NCBI GenBank assembly: GCA_038228545.1
Contig: JBBRPE010000002.1
Coordinates: 22,426-86,425, forward strand
DNA length: 64,000 bases
Reading direction: 5' to 3'
Origin: Minisyncoccia bacterium
GTDB lineage: Bacteria; Patescibacteriota; Minisyncoccia; Phycocordibacterales; Phycocordibacteraceae
The position numbers were made by a program, and so were the translations under genes. Below the pieces are notes generated by a model. The model worked only from the letters and a program-made list of their open reading frames with translations, was not told the DNA's origin and made no database searches. Shown one piece after another: positions 45,457 to 56,334 of this stretch. Positions within the stretch are counted from its first letter, which is position 1, and the number at the start of each line of letters is the position of its first letter.

Positions 45457-46335
45457 ATGACTACGAAGCGCGAATGGATATATACAGGAATAGTCCTTGT
45501 GTTGGCGATACTTACGGTGACCGTTGCGTTCGTACGTATCCTTCCACCTACGCTCGCAGATACGCATGCGCTCAAGGTTTCTTTTCTCGATATCGGCCAA
45601 GGAGATTCAATTCTCATACAGGGTCCGACTGGAATAAAAATGCTCGTTGATGGTGGACCCGATCGCTCCGTACTCCGCGAACTGTCTCACCAGCTTGCCC
45701 CTTGGGATAGACATTTCGATGTACTCGTCGAAACACATCCGGACAAGGACCACATCAGTGGACTCGGGGATGTATTCGAGCGCTACTCAGTTTCAAATTT
45801 TCTTGAGCCCGGAATACCGGATACCACAGCAGTATCGAAACACGTCTTTGACGATGCTATGCACGAGCCTGGTCTCCACCACATCATCGCTCACCGAGGC
45901 ATGCGCATCCATTTAGGCGGCGGGGCGTTCGCAGATGTTTTGTTCCCCGACCGAGATGAGTCAACACAGAAGGCAACCAATGACGGCTCTATCGTCTTGC
46001 ATATCGTGTACGGCTCTACATCGTTCATGCTCACCGGAGATTTGCCGAGTCCGTACGAAGACTACCTAGTGGGACTCGATGGAAACGATGGGGAACTACC
46101 AAGCACTGTCCTTAAGGCCGGGCATCACGGGTCGAAATATTCGAGTGACAGTCTGTGGCTTTCCGCAGTGCATCCGAGTATCGTCGTTATCTCAGCAGGA
46201 AAGGGCAACACGTATGGTCATCCGAATCCTGATGCACTCGCGCGCATTCGAGCAGAAGGCGCGACGATATTTTCAACAATAGACAGTGGAACTATTACGT
46301 TCGTAAGCGATGGCACGAACGTAACGAAGCACTAG
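45457..46335 (+). CDS. MBL-fold metallo-hydrolase (ComEC C-terminal-domain-like, standalone), membrane-anchored
   Basis: N-terminal TM; DIGQGDS, HPDKDH metallo-beta-lactamase motifs. Confidence 0.75.
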   Translation: MTTKREWIYTGIVLVLAILTVTVAFVRILPPTLADTHALKVSFLDIGQGDSILIQGPTGIKMLVDGGPDRSVLRELSHQLAPWDRHFDVLVETHPDKDHISGLGDVFERYSVSNFLEPGIPDTTAVSKHVFDDAMHEPGLHHIIAHRGMRIHLGGGAFADVLFPDRDESTQKATNDGSIVLHIVYGSTSFMLTGDLPSPYEDYLVGLDGNDGELPSTVLKAGHHGSKYSSDSLWLSAVHPSIVVISAGKGNTYGHPNPDALARIRAEGATIFSTIDSGTITFVSDGTNVTKH

Positions 46336-46961
46336 GCGACAGCAGCGAAGCGCTTTTCGACGACGGTCCAGTTTACGTTATCGAGAAAAGCTTGGACGTA
46401 TGTTTTTTTGTCGGCAGGTGCGTAATCAACCATGTATGCGTGCTCCCACATGTCGAGTGCGAGTATGATAGGTAACCCCGAGAGTTGGCCAAGCTGATGA
46501 TCATCAACCCATGCAGTGTGCAACATTTTTACCGTAGGGTCGTAGTACACAATCGTCCATCCGATACCGCGCGTTCCAGCGACTTCTTGTATGTGTGCAA
46601 TAAAAGCATCTCCACTTCCATAACGTTCTGCTGCTGACTTCGCGAGTGCAGACTCAGAATCACCACCCTTTTCCCCTTCGAACTGCTCGAAATAGTATTC
46701 ATGCATGCGCATGCCATCGAATTCAAAGCCGAGACGGCGTCGCATCTCCGCGATTGCATACGCATTTCCTTCGGCGTCCGCTTCTTTGTACGCGGATATT
46801 TTTTCCATAATAAGATTCACGTGCTTCACGTACCCCTCGTAGAGAGCGAGGTGCACATCAATTTGCTTCTGTGAAAGGCCGGCGAGTTCTGGGAGATTGA
46901 ATTTTTTTGCTTGGTACTGCATATACGGATGATTAGTAGTCTCAGTATACTCCTCGTGCAT
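46332..46961 (-). CDS. sodA: Fe/Mn superoxide dismutase
   Basis: DMWEHAY motif and Fe/Mn-SOD fold signatures. Confidence 0.85.
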   Translation of the reverse strand: MHEEYTETTNHPYMQYQAKKFNLPELAGLSQKQIDVHLALYEGYVKHVNLIMEKISAYKEADAEGNAYAIAEMRRRLGFEFDGMRMHEYYFEQFEGEKGGDSESALAKSAAERYGSGDAFIAHIQEVAGTRGIGWTIVYYDPTVKMLHTAWVDDHQLGQLSGLPIILALDMWEHAYMVDYAPADKKTYVQAFLDNVNWTVVEKRFAAVA

Positions 46962-47017
46962 AGAGAGTGGGCGTGGGAAAGAAAGCGCCCCAATACTCGG
47001 GGCGCTTTCTTTCCTGG

Positions 47018-48109
47018 TTATCTGCAGAACGGGTTAACGCCCTTATGAACTTCAAAATGAAGGTGATTTCCGGTAGCTTTTCCGGTCTCCCCAACGTACC
47101 CGATAATGGTACCTTTATTCACTTCTTCTCCGACTTCAGCCCCCACCTTCGACATATGAGCATAGAGTGTTTGTTCGCCATTCGGATGATTGATGACGAC
47201 GTAGTAGCCCCAACCGTGACCCCATGTATCAGTGTCATTAGCAATAATGACTGAACCACCAAGAGCAGCATAAATAGGTGTTCCTGAAGGAGCGCCAATA
47301 TCTATACCATTGTTATCGTGAATACCTTGCGTACAGCGACCAGCCGGGAGGGGATTCCCTAGACTTGTTGAAAGTGTAGCCGTACCTGCATTCTTCGAGG
47401 AAGTTGAGCTACGCGACGTGGTGGTCTTCGTGGGAGCAGAAACAGCAGGCTCTCCGTCGGGAATCAGGATAGAGTCGCCGACAATAAGGCCCTGTCCCTC
47501 ATCAATACCATTATAGGTAAGAATATCCTGTGCATTACCGCTGTACTTCTTAGCAAGTGACGCTACCGTGTCGCCCTTTCGAACAGTGTACTGAATACCG
47601 GTGATAGGAAGGATTTCGAGCTTCATTCCTGGCTTAAGTAAACTCTTCGCAGTCAAATTATTAGCCCAGCGGACCGTATTTATGGAAATGCCGTTCTTAG
47701 CTGCGATTGAGGAAAGCGTGTCACCATCGACCACCGTATAGGTGGTGATGAAAGCGTCTGGCGTCGATGATTTGGGTCCGTCAGCGAGCGTACCGTCCGG
47801 CCCTGCATTAGCCAAAAGAGCTGACCCTTCTGTTACAGGAATACCACTATCGCCCTTTTCCGGGTTCGGGTCCGGATTTGTGGCCGCTTCAAGAAGTGCC
47901 AAACTGCTGTCGTGCACCATAGGAGGGTCTCCGGCGGTATTGTCCGCATGAGCGATAGGCGAAAGAGGCCAGAATGCTCTGGTAGCGATAGGTACGAAAA
48001 GGAGAGAACCTCCCGCAAGGGTAGCCGCGACCGTAGTGACGATAGCGAGCCGATATGCATTCCGATTCAGAGCACGCTTCTTGGAATCGGAAGATAAATT
48101 GAAAGACAA
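47018..48109 (-). CDS. LysM-domain M23 family peptidoglycan metallo-endopeptidase
   Basis: Two LysM repeats (YTVVDGDTLSSIA..., YTVRKGDTVASLAKKY), C-terminal M23 (HxxxD, GNHLHFEVH). Confidence 0.8.
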   Translation of the reverse strand: MSFNLSSDSKKRALNRNAYRLAIVTTVAATLAGGSLLFVPIATRAFWPLSPIAHADNTAGDPPMVHDSSLALLEAATNPDPNPEKGDSGIPVTEGSALLANAGPDGTLADGPKSSTPDAFITTYTVVDGDTLSSIAAKNGISINTVRWANNLTAKSLLKPGMKLEILPITGIQYTVRKGDTVASLAKKYSGNAQDILTYNGIDEGQGLIVGDSILIPDGEPAVSAPTKTTTSRSSTSSKNAGTATLSTSLGNPLPAGRCTQGIHDNNGIDIGAPSGTPIYAALGGSVIIANDTDTWGHGWGYYVVINHPNGEQTLYAHMSKVGAEVGEEVNKGTIIGYVGETGKATGNHLHFEVHKGVNPFCR

Positions 48110-48346
48110 AATAGGGAAGCAGAGGGCGATTCAGACAATCTTCAGAATACAAAAATGGCCTACATAAGCCATCTCTTGAGTTTCAGGGTATCAAGTGACC
48201 TGGCCAGTATACCCCGGCCACAGGGCCGGTCAACGCGTAAAAACAGCACCTGTTGAGAGCATGAAGTTTGGCTGAAGTGTCAATTATGTGTCGTAATATA
48301 TGGCGAAAATAGCATGCTCAGAGCGTCGCGCGGTATAGTGGGAGCA

Positions 48347-50272
48347 ATGCAGTACCTCGATGGTCTCAACGAACAGCAGAAGGAAGCAGTCCTTACCACT
48401 CTGGGGCCGATTTCGGTCTTGGCAGGCGCGGGTTCAGGCAAAACTCGGGTTCTTACTACCCGTATTCTCCATCTTATTCGCGAAGGGACTCCGCCAGAGA
48501 AGATTCTTGCCGTCACCTTTACCAACAAGGCGGCGCGTGAAATGAAAGAGCGCCTTGCACTCTTGCTTGGCGATGGATCGCTCCCGTTTGTGGCGACTTT
48601 TCATGGACTTGGGCGAGAATTGCTTCAGCAGTATGGGCGGGCAGTGGGCGTACCGCGGTATTTCAGCGTCTACGACCGTGATGACTCTGAGCGTGCAATA
48701 AAGGAAGCGCTTAAGGAAATGGACATCGACCCAAAAGAAGTTCCAGCTCGAGCTATTCTCTCTCGCATAAGTAAGGCGAAAGGAGAAGGCATGACTGCAG
48801 AAGACTTCCGAAAGCGTCACGGTGGCGAGGGTTTTCGTTCGCGTATTGCTTCTGAAGTCTGGTTTAAATACGACGCGACACTCCTAAAGGAAAAGGCTCT
48901 CGATTTCGACGACCTTATTACGAAGCCCGTACAACTTCTTGAAGAGCATGCGGACGCACGTGAGCTCGTACAAAATCGTTTCTCGTATGTGCACGTTGAT
49001 GAGTATCAAGACACCAACGAGCTACAAGGACGCCTTTCAAACATACTTGCCCAAAAGCATCGAAATCTTTTTGTTGTCGGTGATATTGATCAGACTATAT
49101 ACACGTGGCGTGGCGCAACTATAGATAATCTTCTCTCGTTCGATGTAACCTACCCGGAAGCAAAGACCATAGTCCTTGAGCACAACTATCGTTCAACCAA
49201 AACAATTGTTGCCGCGAGTAATGCAATCATTGAGAAGAACAGAAACAGAAAAGAGAAGCGCGCCGTGACCGACAATCCCGATGGCTCACCCATACGTCTG
49301 CATGTTTCAGACACTGCGGAAGAGGAGGCACGGTACATTGCACGCGAAGCTATGCAGTTCATTCGTACCGGACTCGAGCCTGAAGAAATCGCCGTGTTGT
49401 ACCGAACTAATTTCCAATCGCGTGTGCTGGAAGAAGCGTTCCTGTCCTATGGTGTGCCGTATAAGCTCTTAGGTACGCGCTTTCTAGACAGAAAAGAAGT
49501 GAAGGATGTGCTCTCGTGGGTTAGACTCGCGCTTGAGCCGTCGCGTGAGAGCGACCGCGTGCGAGCAGTACAAGCACCACCGCGCGGTATAGGAAAAGTT
49601 ACGGTTGCAAAAATGGCAGCAGGGAAAATTGATGGCCTCGCTCCCGCAGTCCGCGCAAAAGTTGATGCCTTTGAATCTCTCGTACAGACACTGCATGAAG
49701 AAAGTAAGTCAGCAGCGCCGTCGGCATTCGTACGACGCGTCATTCAACTTTCAGGACTTGAGGACACCCTTGCGAAGGGAGGGGAAGACGACCATGAGCG
49801 ACTGGAAAATGCGAAAGAGCTCGCAACGCTTGCCAGTCGTTATGATGCGACACCGGGCGAAGAGGGAATCGCAGCGTTCCTTGCCGAAACTGCTCTTGCC
49901 GGAGACCAAGATGAACTCGACCGGCCACAAACAAACGATAAAGGAAATAAAAAAGGCGTAACACTCATGACGGTGCATGCCGCAAAAGGACTCGAGTTCG
50001 AGGCAGTGTTTGTTACTGGACTGGAGGAAGGATTATTCCCGCACGAAGGTATGAACCAGGACGAAGAACGAGACGAGGAAGAAGAGCGCCGACTTTTTTA
50101 TGTCGCTATGACACGCGCCAAACAACATTTGATACTAACCATGGCGCGTGTACGACGAATCTACGGCACTGATTATATGTCCGAGCCGTCGTCGTTCCTC
50201 CATGATATTGATGCGGGCCTCATGCAGGTGAACTACGGGGAAGAGGAGCACGAGGAAACTATCCATATATAG
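48347..50272 (+). CDS. pcrA: ATP-dependent DNA helicase PcrA/UvrD
   Basis: Walker A AGAGSGKTRVL, helicase motifs II-VI; start set to MQYLDGLN. Confidence 0.9.
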   Translation: MQYLDGLNEQQKEAVLTTLGPISVLAGAGSGKTRVLTTRILHLIREGTPPEKILAVTFTNKAAREMKERLALLLGDGSLPFVATFHGLGRELLQQYGRAVGVPRYFSVYDRDDSERAIKEALKEMDIDPKEVPARAILSRISKAKGEGMTAEDFRKRHGGEGFRSRIASEVWFKYDATLLKEKALDFDDLITKPVQLLEEHADARELVQNRFSYVHVDEYQDTNELQGRLSNILAQKHRNLFVVGDIDQTIYTWRGATIDNLLSFDVTYPEAKTIVLEHNYRSTKTIVAASNAIIEKNRNRKEKRAVTDNPDGSPIRLHVSDTAEEEARYIAREAMQFIRTGLEPEEIAVLYRTNFQSRVLEEAFLSYGVPYKLLGTRFLDRKEVKDVLSWVRLALEPSRESDRVRAVQAPPRGIGKVTVAKMAAGKIDGLAPAVRAKVDAFESLVQTLHEESKSAAPSAFVRRVIQLSGLEDTLAKGGEDDHERLENAKELATLASRYDATPGEEGIAAFLAETALAGDQDELDRPQTNDKGNKKGVTLMTVHAAKGLEFEAVFVTGLEEGLFPHEGMNQDEERDEEEERRLFYVAMTRAKQHLILTMARVRRIYGTDYMSEPSSFLHDIDAGLMQVNYGEEEHEETIHI

Positions 50273-50274
50273 GT

Positions 50275-51045
50275 ATGCGCGCAAAACAATCACTCGGGCA
50301 GAACTTCCTTATGCACCAGGCGACCGCTGACCGCATTGCGGACGCCGCTGGGCTTACCGAGAAGTCGGTTGTTCTCGAGATAGGCCCGGGAACCGGCATG
50401 CTTACGCGTTCTCTTCTGGAGCGAGCAAGGAAGGTATACGCCGTGGAAACGGACAGCGAACTTCTTCCACAGCTCGAGGAAACATTTACAGTCGAAATAA
50501 CTGCAGGAAAACTCCGTCTCGCGAATGGAGATATACGCACCTACGACCTGTCTAGAATGCCAAAGGGCTACACGGTAGTGGCCAATATTCCGTATTACAT
50601 AACGGGAGAAATCATACGAACCGTGCTTTCGGCAAAGAATAAGCCGTCATCGGTGACGTTTTTAGTGCAAAAAGAGGTCGCAACGCGCATAGTGCGGAGT
50701 CCAAAAGAAAGCCTTTTGTCGCTCTCGGTGAAGATTTATGGCACCCCGAGCTACAAATTTACCGTTCCGAAAGGGGCTTTTCGCCCCGCACCGAAAGTAG
50801 ATTCGGCAGTTCTTCATATTGCGGCCATCGCCGCTCCATTCAAGACACCCAAGCAGGAGCAACGTTTTTTTCAAGTACTACATGCTGGTTTCGCCCATAA
50901 AAGAAAACGATTAGCTAAAAACTTGGAAGATATCGCACAGACTGGGGCAATTACACAGGCATTTGGCGAGCTTGGGCTTGATACGAATGCGCGAGCAGAA
51001 GACGTTTCGCTGCCTGACTGGAAAAAACTTTCAATAACACTTTGA
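50275..51045 (+). CDS. rsmA: 16S rRNA (adenine1518/1519-N6)-dimethyltransferase
   Basis: SLGQNFL, EIGPGTG, NIPY motifs. Confidence 0.9.
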   Translation: MRAKQSLGQNFLMHQATADRIADAAGLTEKSVVLEIGPGTGMLTRSLLERARKVYAVETDSELLPQLEETFTVEITAGKLRLANGDIRTYDLSRMPKGYTVVANIPYYITGEIIRTVLSAKNKPSSVTFLVQKEVATRIVRSPKESLLSLSVKIYGTPSYKFTVPKGAFRPAPKVDSAVLHIAAIAAPFKTPKQEQRFFQVLHAGFAHKRKRLAKNLEDIAQTGAITQAFGELGLDTNARAEDVSLPDWKKLSITL

Positions 51046-51133
51046 CGACGCTTCGGAGTCATACACAATGCACACGTAAGCGTGTGTTTTTCCTATGAAA
51101 TAAAGCCTGCGTGCTACTATTTCAGTACGTACC

Positions 51134-52138
51134 GTGACTTATTCTACCCGCACCACTTTAATAGCTATCGCATCTTTTGCAGCGCTCTTTTTTATTGTCG
51201 TGGCCGTCCTTATTTCAGGACCTCTTCCATTTCATCTGAACGCAGCGAACGCAGAATCCACGCACGAGTTGCTTGTTTCGTATGCGGCCAAAGATTCCGA
51301 CAGTGATGGACTTCCGGATTGGGAAGAGGCACTCTATGGCACTGATCCAAACAATCCTCATTCGGTGAATGCAGACGTAACGGACGGACAGGCAGTTGCT
51401 CAGGGTCTCGTGAAGCCTAAATTCTCAACAGCAACGACAACCCCGGTCGACGCAAGTTCAATTCCTGGTGCGGCAGTTGGACCCCAGACGGTGACCGACC
51501 AATTCGCACGGACACTTTTCTCCGATTATCTTTCGAGTCACGGAAGTACTCAACCAACGCCTGAGGAAATTGCGACCTTCGTAGAAAGAAAGCTCTCTAC
51601 GCTCAAGGCGGACCAGCAGGTTGCTACCGCATTTAATGTGGGTCAGGTGCGTGTAGCCGGGACTGGCAGCGATGCTCTGCTTGCATACGCAGCAAGTGTT
51701 GAGCAGCTCTACCTTCGCTACCAAACAAACGACACCGAAAACGAGATAGAGTACCTATCTGACGCATCAACGAAGAGCGACCCGAAAGCACTCGTACGAA
51801 TTGCAGTAATAGGGAAGGCTTACACATCAATCGGGCAGGGACTTATGAAGCTTTCGGTTCCAAAGGAACTGGCGACGGCGCATCTTCAGCTTGCAAATTC
51901 CATGGTTCGTTTGGGAGGACTGATTACCGACATGTCGTATCTTGATGCAGATCCATTCCGTGCAGTGCTCGCGTTCCAGCAATACCAGGATGCGAGCACT
52001 GCCATGTATCAGGCGTTGAGTTATTTGAACAACAGCTACAGCGCGGAAGGTGTCACGATTAATCAGAACGTCCCCGGCTCGCGTTTCTACGCGACGATGG
52101 TTCTTGGAAGCAGTGTGGTCGCGAAACCGCAACAATAA
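51134..52138 (+). CDS. membrane-anchored secreted hypothetical protein (first gene of T4SS-like cluster)
   Basis: N-terminal TM, no known motif. Confidence 0.45.
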   Translation: MTYSTRTTLIAIASFAALFFIVVAVLISGPLPFHLNAANAESTHELLVSYAAKDSDSDGLPDWEEALYGTDPNNPHSVNADVTDGQAVAQGLVKPKFSTATTTPVDASSIPGAAVGPQTVTDQFARTLFSDYLSSHGSTQPTPEEIATFVERKLSTLKADQQVATAFNVGQVRVAGTGSDALLAYAASVEQLYLRYQTNDTENEIEYLSDASTKSDPKALVRIAVIGKAYTSIGQGLMKLSVPKELATAHLQLANSMVRLGGLITDMSYLDADPFRAVLAFQQYQDASTAMYQALSYLNNSYSAEGVTINQNVPGSRFYATMVLGSSVVAKPQQ

Positions 52139-52142
52139 TTCT

Positions 52143-53648
52143 ATGAAACGAACCCTATCGGAATTCACAGTTTCTCTTGCACGAGTGGTTGCTGTTGCGC
52201 TCACAGTTGTACTCTTTCTTCTTCCTGCTGCTCCACTAGCTCGTGCGGCAGACTGGAACAGTCCACTTCAGGTTAGTGCGGCTGGGCACTCTTCCGTTGC
52301 CAACGGTCTTACTTCGATAACACAAATAAAGGTCTTTTCGAATCCAATTTTCTATCACATAGCGCAGGCTGCCATACAATCGATGGTTCGTAGCACGGTC
52401 ACCTGGATTAATAGTGGATTCCAAGGTTCTCCTGCCTACGCAACCGATTTAAAAGCAACGCTCCAAGATGCAGCTGATCAAGAAGCAGAACGATACCTCA
52501 CTACACTCCTTGATAGTTCGGCTATTAATTCTCCGTTCCGAGATCCGGTCGCACGGGAGGTGCTTGCGGCTTACTACGTAGCAACGAGTCGTGATGGGTT
52601 CACCATTCAAAATCCATATACGCTCAACCAGGTGAGTCCGAATGATGCAGCTTTTCAACGAGGAGATTTTTCGCAAGGAGGTTTTCCTGCATGGCTTTCC
52701 GAAACAATAAACCCATCGAATAATTGGTTCGGTGCTGAGCAACTTCAGAAGGCGGCCCTCGATAGTCGTATCGGCCAAACGGTAGGGCAAATAAATTCAG
52801 AGCTTGCGCAAGGAAATGGATTCTTTTCGTATCGTAAGTGCGATAAACAGGTCACTACTCTAGAAGGGAGCGGCACCACTGTACAGACCATTAATGGTGC
52901 GCAGGTCGACCTCACTCCACGCCAGACCTGTCTTAACAGTCGCATAGAGACGCCGGGTTCGGTCATAGCAAACTCTCTTAATAAGTCCCTGGGGCTCGGT
53001 GCCGACTCGCTTGTGCAGGCAAAAGAATTTGATGAAATAGTAAACGCCCTGATGGGACAGCTTCTGCAAAACGTTATCGGATCAAATGGTCTAGGAGGTG
53101 TATCGCGTAGCTCCACAGCAACCGCTGGACGAGCATACTTCGACCAAACGACGACTTCTTCGTCAGCAACAACATCTGCCTCAGTTTCCCTCGTTACGTC
53201 ATTCCTCCAAGTAGTTTCTACACAGTCTACCCAGCTCCAAACCTATCTAACAAGCTGGCAGACTATAAACTCTGCTGCACAAGCTGCAAAGACAGCGCTC
53301 CAGCAAAGTACCTGCCTCCCGAACGCAAGCGCACTCATTACTACGCAGGTAGACCCGGTCATCATTCAAGCGTCGACGGTGAGCGGCTCGATTCCTCCGC
53401 TCCTAGCACAGCTCGATACAATTAATACCAACGCACTTGATGCTTCAACCCAAACAAGCACCGAGCGGTCAACAACACTCAGTACAGCTTCTACTGACTA
53501 CCAGACTGTGACGTCCTCGACTAATTTCCCGTCAGCAAGCGATTTCACCTTTGCAGCACAGCAGTCCCAAGACTCAGGAACTACGTCTCCACCTTCACTA
53601 CTTACGCAAATGAATCAACTTACCGCTCAAGCAAGGTGCGGACAATAG
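52143..53648 (+). CDS. secreted Ser/Thr/Gln-rich hypothetical protein
   Basis: Signal/TM VVAVALTVVLFLLPAAPLARA; start set to MKRTL after upstream stop. Confidence 0.45.
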   Translation: MKRTLSEFTVSLARVVAVALTVVLFLLPAAPLARAADWNSPLQVSAAGHSSVANGLTSITQIKVFSNPIFYHIAQAAIQSMVRSTVTWINSGFQGSPAYATDLKATLQDAADQEAERYLTTLLDSSAINSPFRDPVAREVLAAYYVATSRDGFTIQNPYTLNQVSPNDAAFQRGDFSQGGFPAWLSETINPSNNWFGAEQLQKAALDSRIGQTVGQINSELAQGNGFFSYRKCDKQVTTLEGSGTTVQTINGAQVDLTPRQTCLNSRIETPGSVIANSLNKSLGLGADSLVQAKEFDEIVNALMGQLLQNVIGSNGLGGVSRSSTATAGRAYFDQTTTSSSATTSASVSLVTSFLQVVSTQSTQLQTYLTSWQTINSAAQAAKTALQQSTCLPNASALITTQVDPVIIQASTVSGSIPPLLAQLDTINTNALDASTQTSTERSTTLSTASTDYQTVTSSTNFPSASDFTFAAQQSQDSGTTSPPSLLTQMNQLTAQARCGQ

Positions 53649-56329
53649 ACTCTATGGTGTACGTTCCACAAAAGGGGGAGCTCGTGTGCAGGAGCTGGAA
53701 GTTGTTTTTTGGTGCTGTTTTCACACTTTTTCTCCTATCAATCGCTCCATCTCTCGTTCATGCAAGTACTGCGTATGATACGGCTCACCAAGCTTCGATT
53801 GCGGCGGCGGCGGCGGCTACTGCAGCAGACACAAAATTTAATAACGATGGTCTGCTTACGAGTGCAGCGACCACAGATCAGGACGCGGTAAGTGCATCGC
53901 GTGCCCAAGCGCAATACGCTGCCGCTCTCTCGAGAGAGGCAAGCGCTGCTGCAGCTGATGCTCAAGCTGCTAACGGTACGCCCGCAGCAACTACGGCATA
54001 CAACAATGCAAACGCAGCAACACAAGCCATCTCGCCGATTGTCAATACAGTTAACGGATATCTTACTGGTAATAAACTTGTCGGTTCTCCAGCTCAAGTT
54101 GCACCTATTGCCGCAAGCATCCAGGCAGATAAGGCAAGCATACAGTCGTCCTTGGCAAGCGCAAACACTTATTTAGCTTCTGCTGCAACCTCAGCAAACA
54201 ACAGCGCTGCTGCAGCTACCGCGACAGCAACAGCAGCTTCTGCAACAACTGCTGCAACACAGACAAACACCGCTGCGGCACAGACCGCTGCAAATCCGGA
54301 GCCTAATGCGTGTAATATCGGCATTCTTGGGGGAGGGAACTTATGGGCTTGTATTCAGGGCGTAATATACGGCTTTATAAAGCTCATTGCGCTCTTTTTC
54401 CTCTCGCTCTCAACCTTCTTTCTTGGTATTGTCGGTCTCCTGTTCAATTGGACTATTTATATCACCGTCTTCCAGTTCGGAAATTTAATAGGTAACAACC
54501 CAGGCATGCTTGCTGCATGGGGTGTGCTCCGGGATGTTGGAAATATTCTACTTCTGTTTGGATTCATATTCATGGGGGTTAGTACCATTTTGAACTTACC
54601 GGGGAGCGAGTTCACTGCTCGTCGAGCATTGCCAACTCTCATAATTTTCGCGATTTTAATGAATTTCAGTCTGTTTGCGGCTGAGGTAATTATCGACACA
54701 AGTAATGCTCTTGGTAGTACGTTTTACCGACAGGCAGGTACCGGCCTCTGTACAAGTGATGCGGTTACTGACCTACTACGTTGTGCGACAGAATACGGTG
54801 TTGCGGGAGCAGTTATGCAGCTAAGTGGTATCACGTCTATTTTTAGTTTTGATGGAGGCGCCCACTTCTTGGCCGCAAACGACATGGGCTATGCGATAGC
54901 ACTCATTGGTCTTACTATATTCGCGTTTACTCTTGCCTTTGTCCTTCTTGCTGCAGTATTTATGCTGGCAACACGAGCGGTCACACTCGCTTTCCTTATG
55001 GCGGTTTCACCAATAGGCTTCGCTGGCATGGCAGTGCCATTCCTACATAAGTTTGCGAAGATGTGGTGGGAACAACTTTTAAAACAAGCATTCTTTGCCC
55101 CAATTTACTTACTTTTAGTTCTGGTGAGTGTGAAGTTTATGGATGGCGTACGTACAGCACTCGGTGATAGTAACCAGACCCTTTTAGCAGCCTTTAGTGG
55201 TGGTGGTGTCTCAAACTTAAGTATGGTGGTTTTATTTGTTCTGTTGGTTGGTTTCCTACTTGCGGCGACGCAATCTGCAAAAGATATGAGTGCCATAGGC
55301 TCAAGTACGGCAACTAAGTTTGCGGGTGCGGCCACGTTCGGGACGATTGGATTTGTTTCTAGGCGTACGGTGGGCGCAGCAGCAAGTCATGCTTCTCGTG
55401 CAATACGCAGTTCACCAATCGGTACGACCGAGTTTGGTCGCTCGCTTGCAGGTGTTGCCGATAAGGGAGCACGGGCAAGCTTCGACTTTCGTACTACAGC
55501 AGGCGGCAAGGCACTTGCAGGTCGCACTGGCGACCTTGGTAAGCCAAGTAAGGCCGCTTCGCATGGTATGCACGGTATAGAAGAGAAGGCTGAGAAGGAG
55601 CGTGTTGACTATGCTAAGAGTCTTAAAGATGTAAAAGCCAAGAAGGACGGCGAACGCACGGAATCGGACCAGGAATTTGATACCCGTCGCCAAAAGGAGG
55701 CAGAGAACAGCGAGAAAACAATTGAGGAGGCAACTGCAGCGTCTGAGCTCGTCGATAAGGCTACTGAGGGCCTAAACACAGCAAAAGATGAGCTCAACGG
55801 CACCGAGGAACGTGTCGCCGTGCTTCGTGCTCAGGCTGCAGATAAGCCTGGGGACGCGAGTATCCAGCGCCAGCTTTTGGAGGAAGAACGCATACTTAAG
55901 TCACGGGAGGCACTTGCCGGAAATGCCGAGCTGAAACATAAGGAGGCTCTTGAGAAGCTTACCGCAGCTGAGAAAGCTAGGGCAGAAGCAGAGAAAGTTA
56001 AAACCGAAGGAGCGGAAAAGAAAGTGCTTACCTTTAAAAAGGGAGATGTTTTAGATTCTAAGAAGCAACGACAAGAAAAATACGGACATAACCTTGAGCG
56101 TGAGACGTTCCTGAATGCTCCAATAATTAAAAACTTTACGGCGACAGGTATAGCAAACGCAGACGCCGCGCACCATATAATTCACAACGCTGGTAGGACT
56201 AAACTGGAAGAATCGTTGGATAACCTTAAAAAATCAGTTGAGGAAGGGACTGAAAAGGTCACTGAGGAGGTGCATGCGAACGATCAGAAGCCTGCTGGAA
56301 ATAAAGCTCCTGCAGATGCACATCATTAA
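53636..56329 (+). CDS. VirB6/TrbL-like polytopic membrane protein with Ala-rich N-terminal ectodomain and charged coiled-coil C-terminal domain
   Basis: >=8 TM helices in central region, T4SS gene context (PrgI, VirB4, VirB2-like). Confidence 0.5.
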   Translation: MRTIDSMVYVPQKGELVCRSWKLFFGAVFTLFLLSIAPSLVHASTAYDTAHQASIAAAAAATAADTKFNNDGLLTSAATTDQDAVSASRAQAQYAAALSREASAAAADAQAANGTPAATTAYNNANAATQAISPIVNTVNGYLTGNKLVGSPAQVAPIAASIQADKASIQSSLASANTYLASAATSANNSAAAATATATAASATTAATQTNTAAAQTAANPEPNACNIGILGGGNLWACIQGVIYGFIKLIALFFLSLSTFFLGIVGLLFNWTIYITVFQFGNLIGNNPGMLAAWGVLRDVGNILLLFGFIFMGVSTILNLPGSEFTARRALPTLIIFAILMNFSLFAAEVIIDTSNALGSTFYRQAGTGLCTSDAVTDLLRCATEYGVAGAVMQLSGITSIFSFDGGAHFLAANDMGYAIALIGLTIFAFTLAFVLLAAVFMLATRAVTLAFLMAVSPIGFAGMAVPFLHKFAKMWWEQLLKQAFFAPIYLLLVLVSVKFMDGVRTALGDSNQTLLAAFSGGGVSNLSMVVLFVLLVGFLLAATQSAKDMSAIGSSTATKFAGAATFGTIGFVSRRTVGAAASHASRAIRSSPIGTTEFGRSLAGVADKGARASFDFRTTAGGKALAGRTGDLGKPSKAASHGMHGIEEKAEKERVDYAKSLKDVKAKKDGERTESDQEFDTRRQKEAENSEKTIEEATAASELVDKATEGLNTAKDELNGTEERVAVLRAQAADKPGDASIQRQLLEEERILKSREALAGNAELKHKEALEKLTAAEKARAEAEKVKTEGAEKKVLTFKKGDVLDSKKQRQEKYGHNLERETFLNAPIIKNFTATGIANADAAHHIIHNAGRTKLEESLDNLKKSVEEGTEKVTEEVHANDQKPAGNKAPADAHH

Positions 56330-56334
56330 CGTCT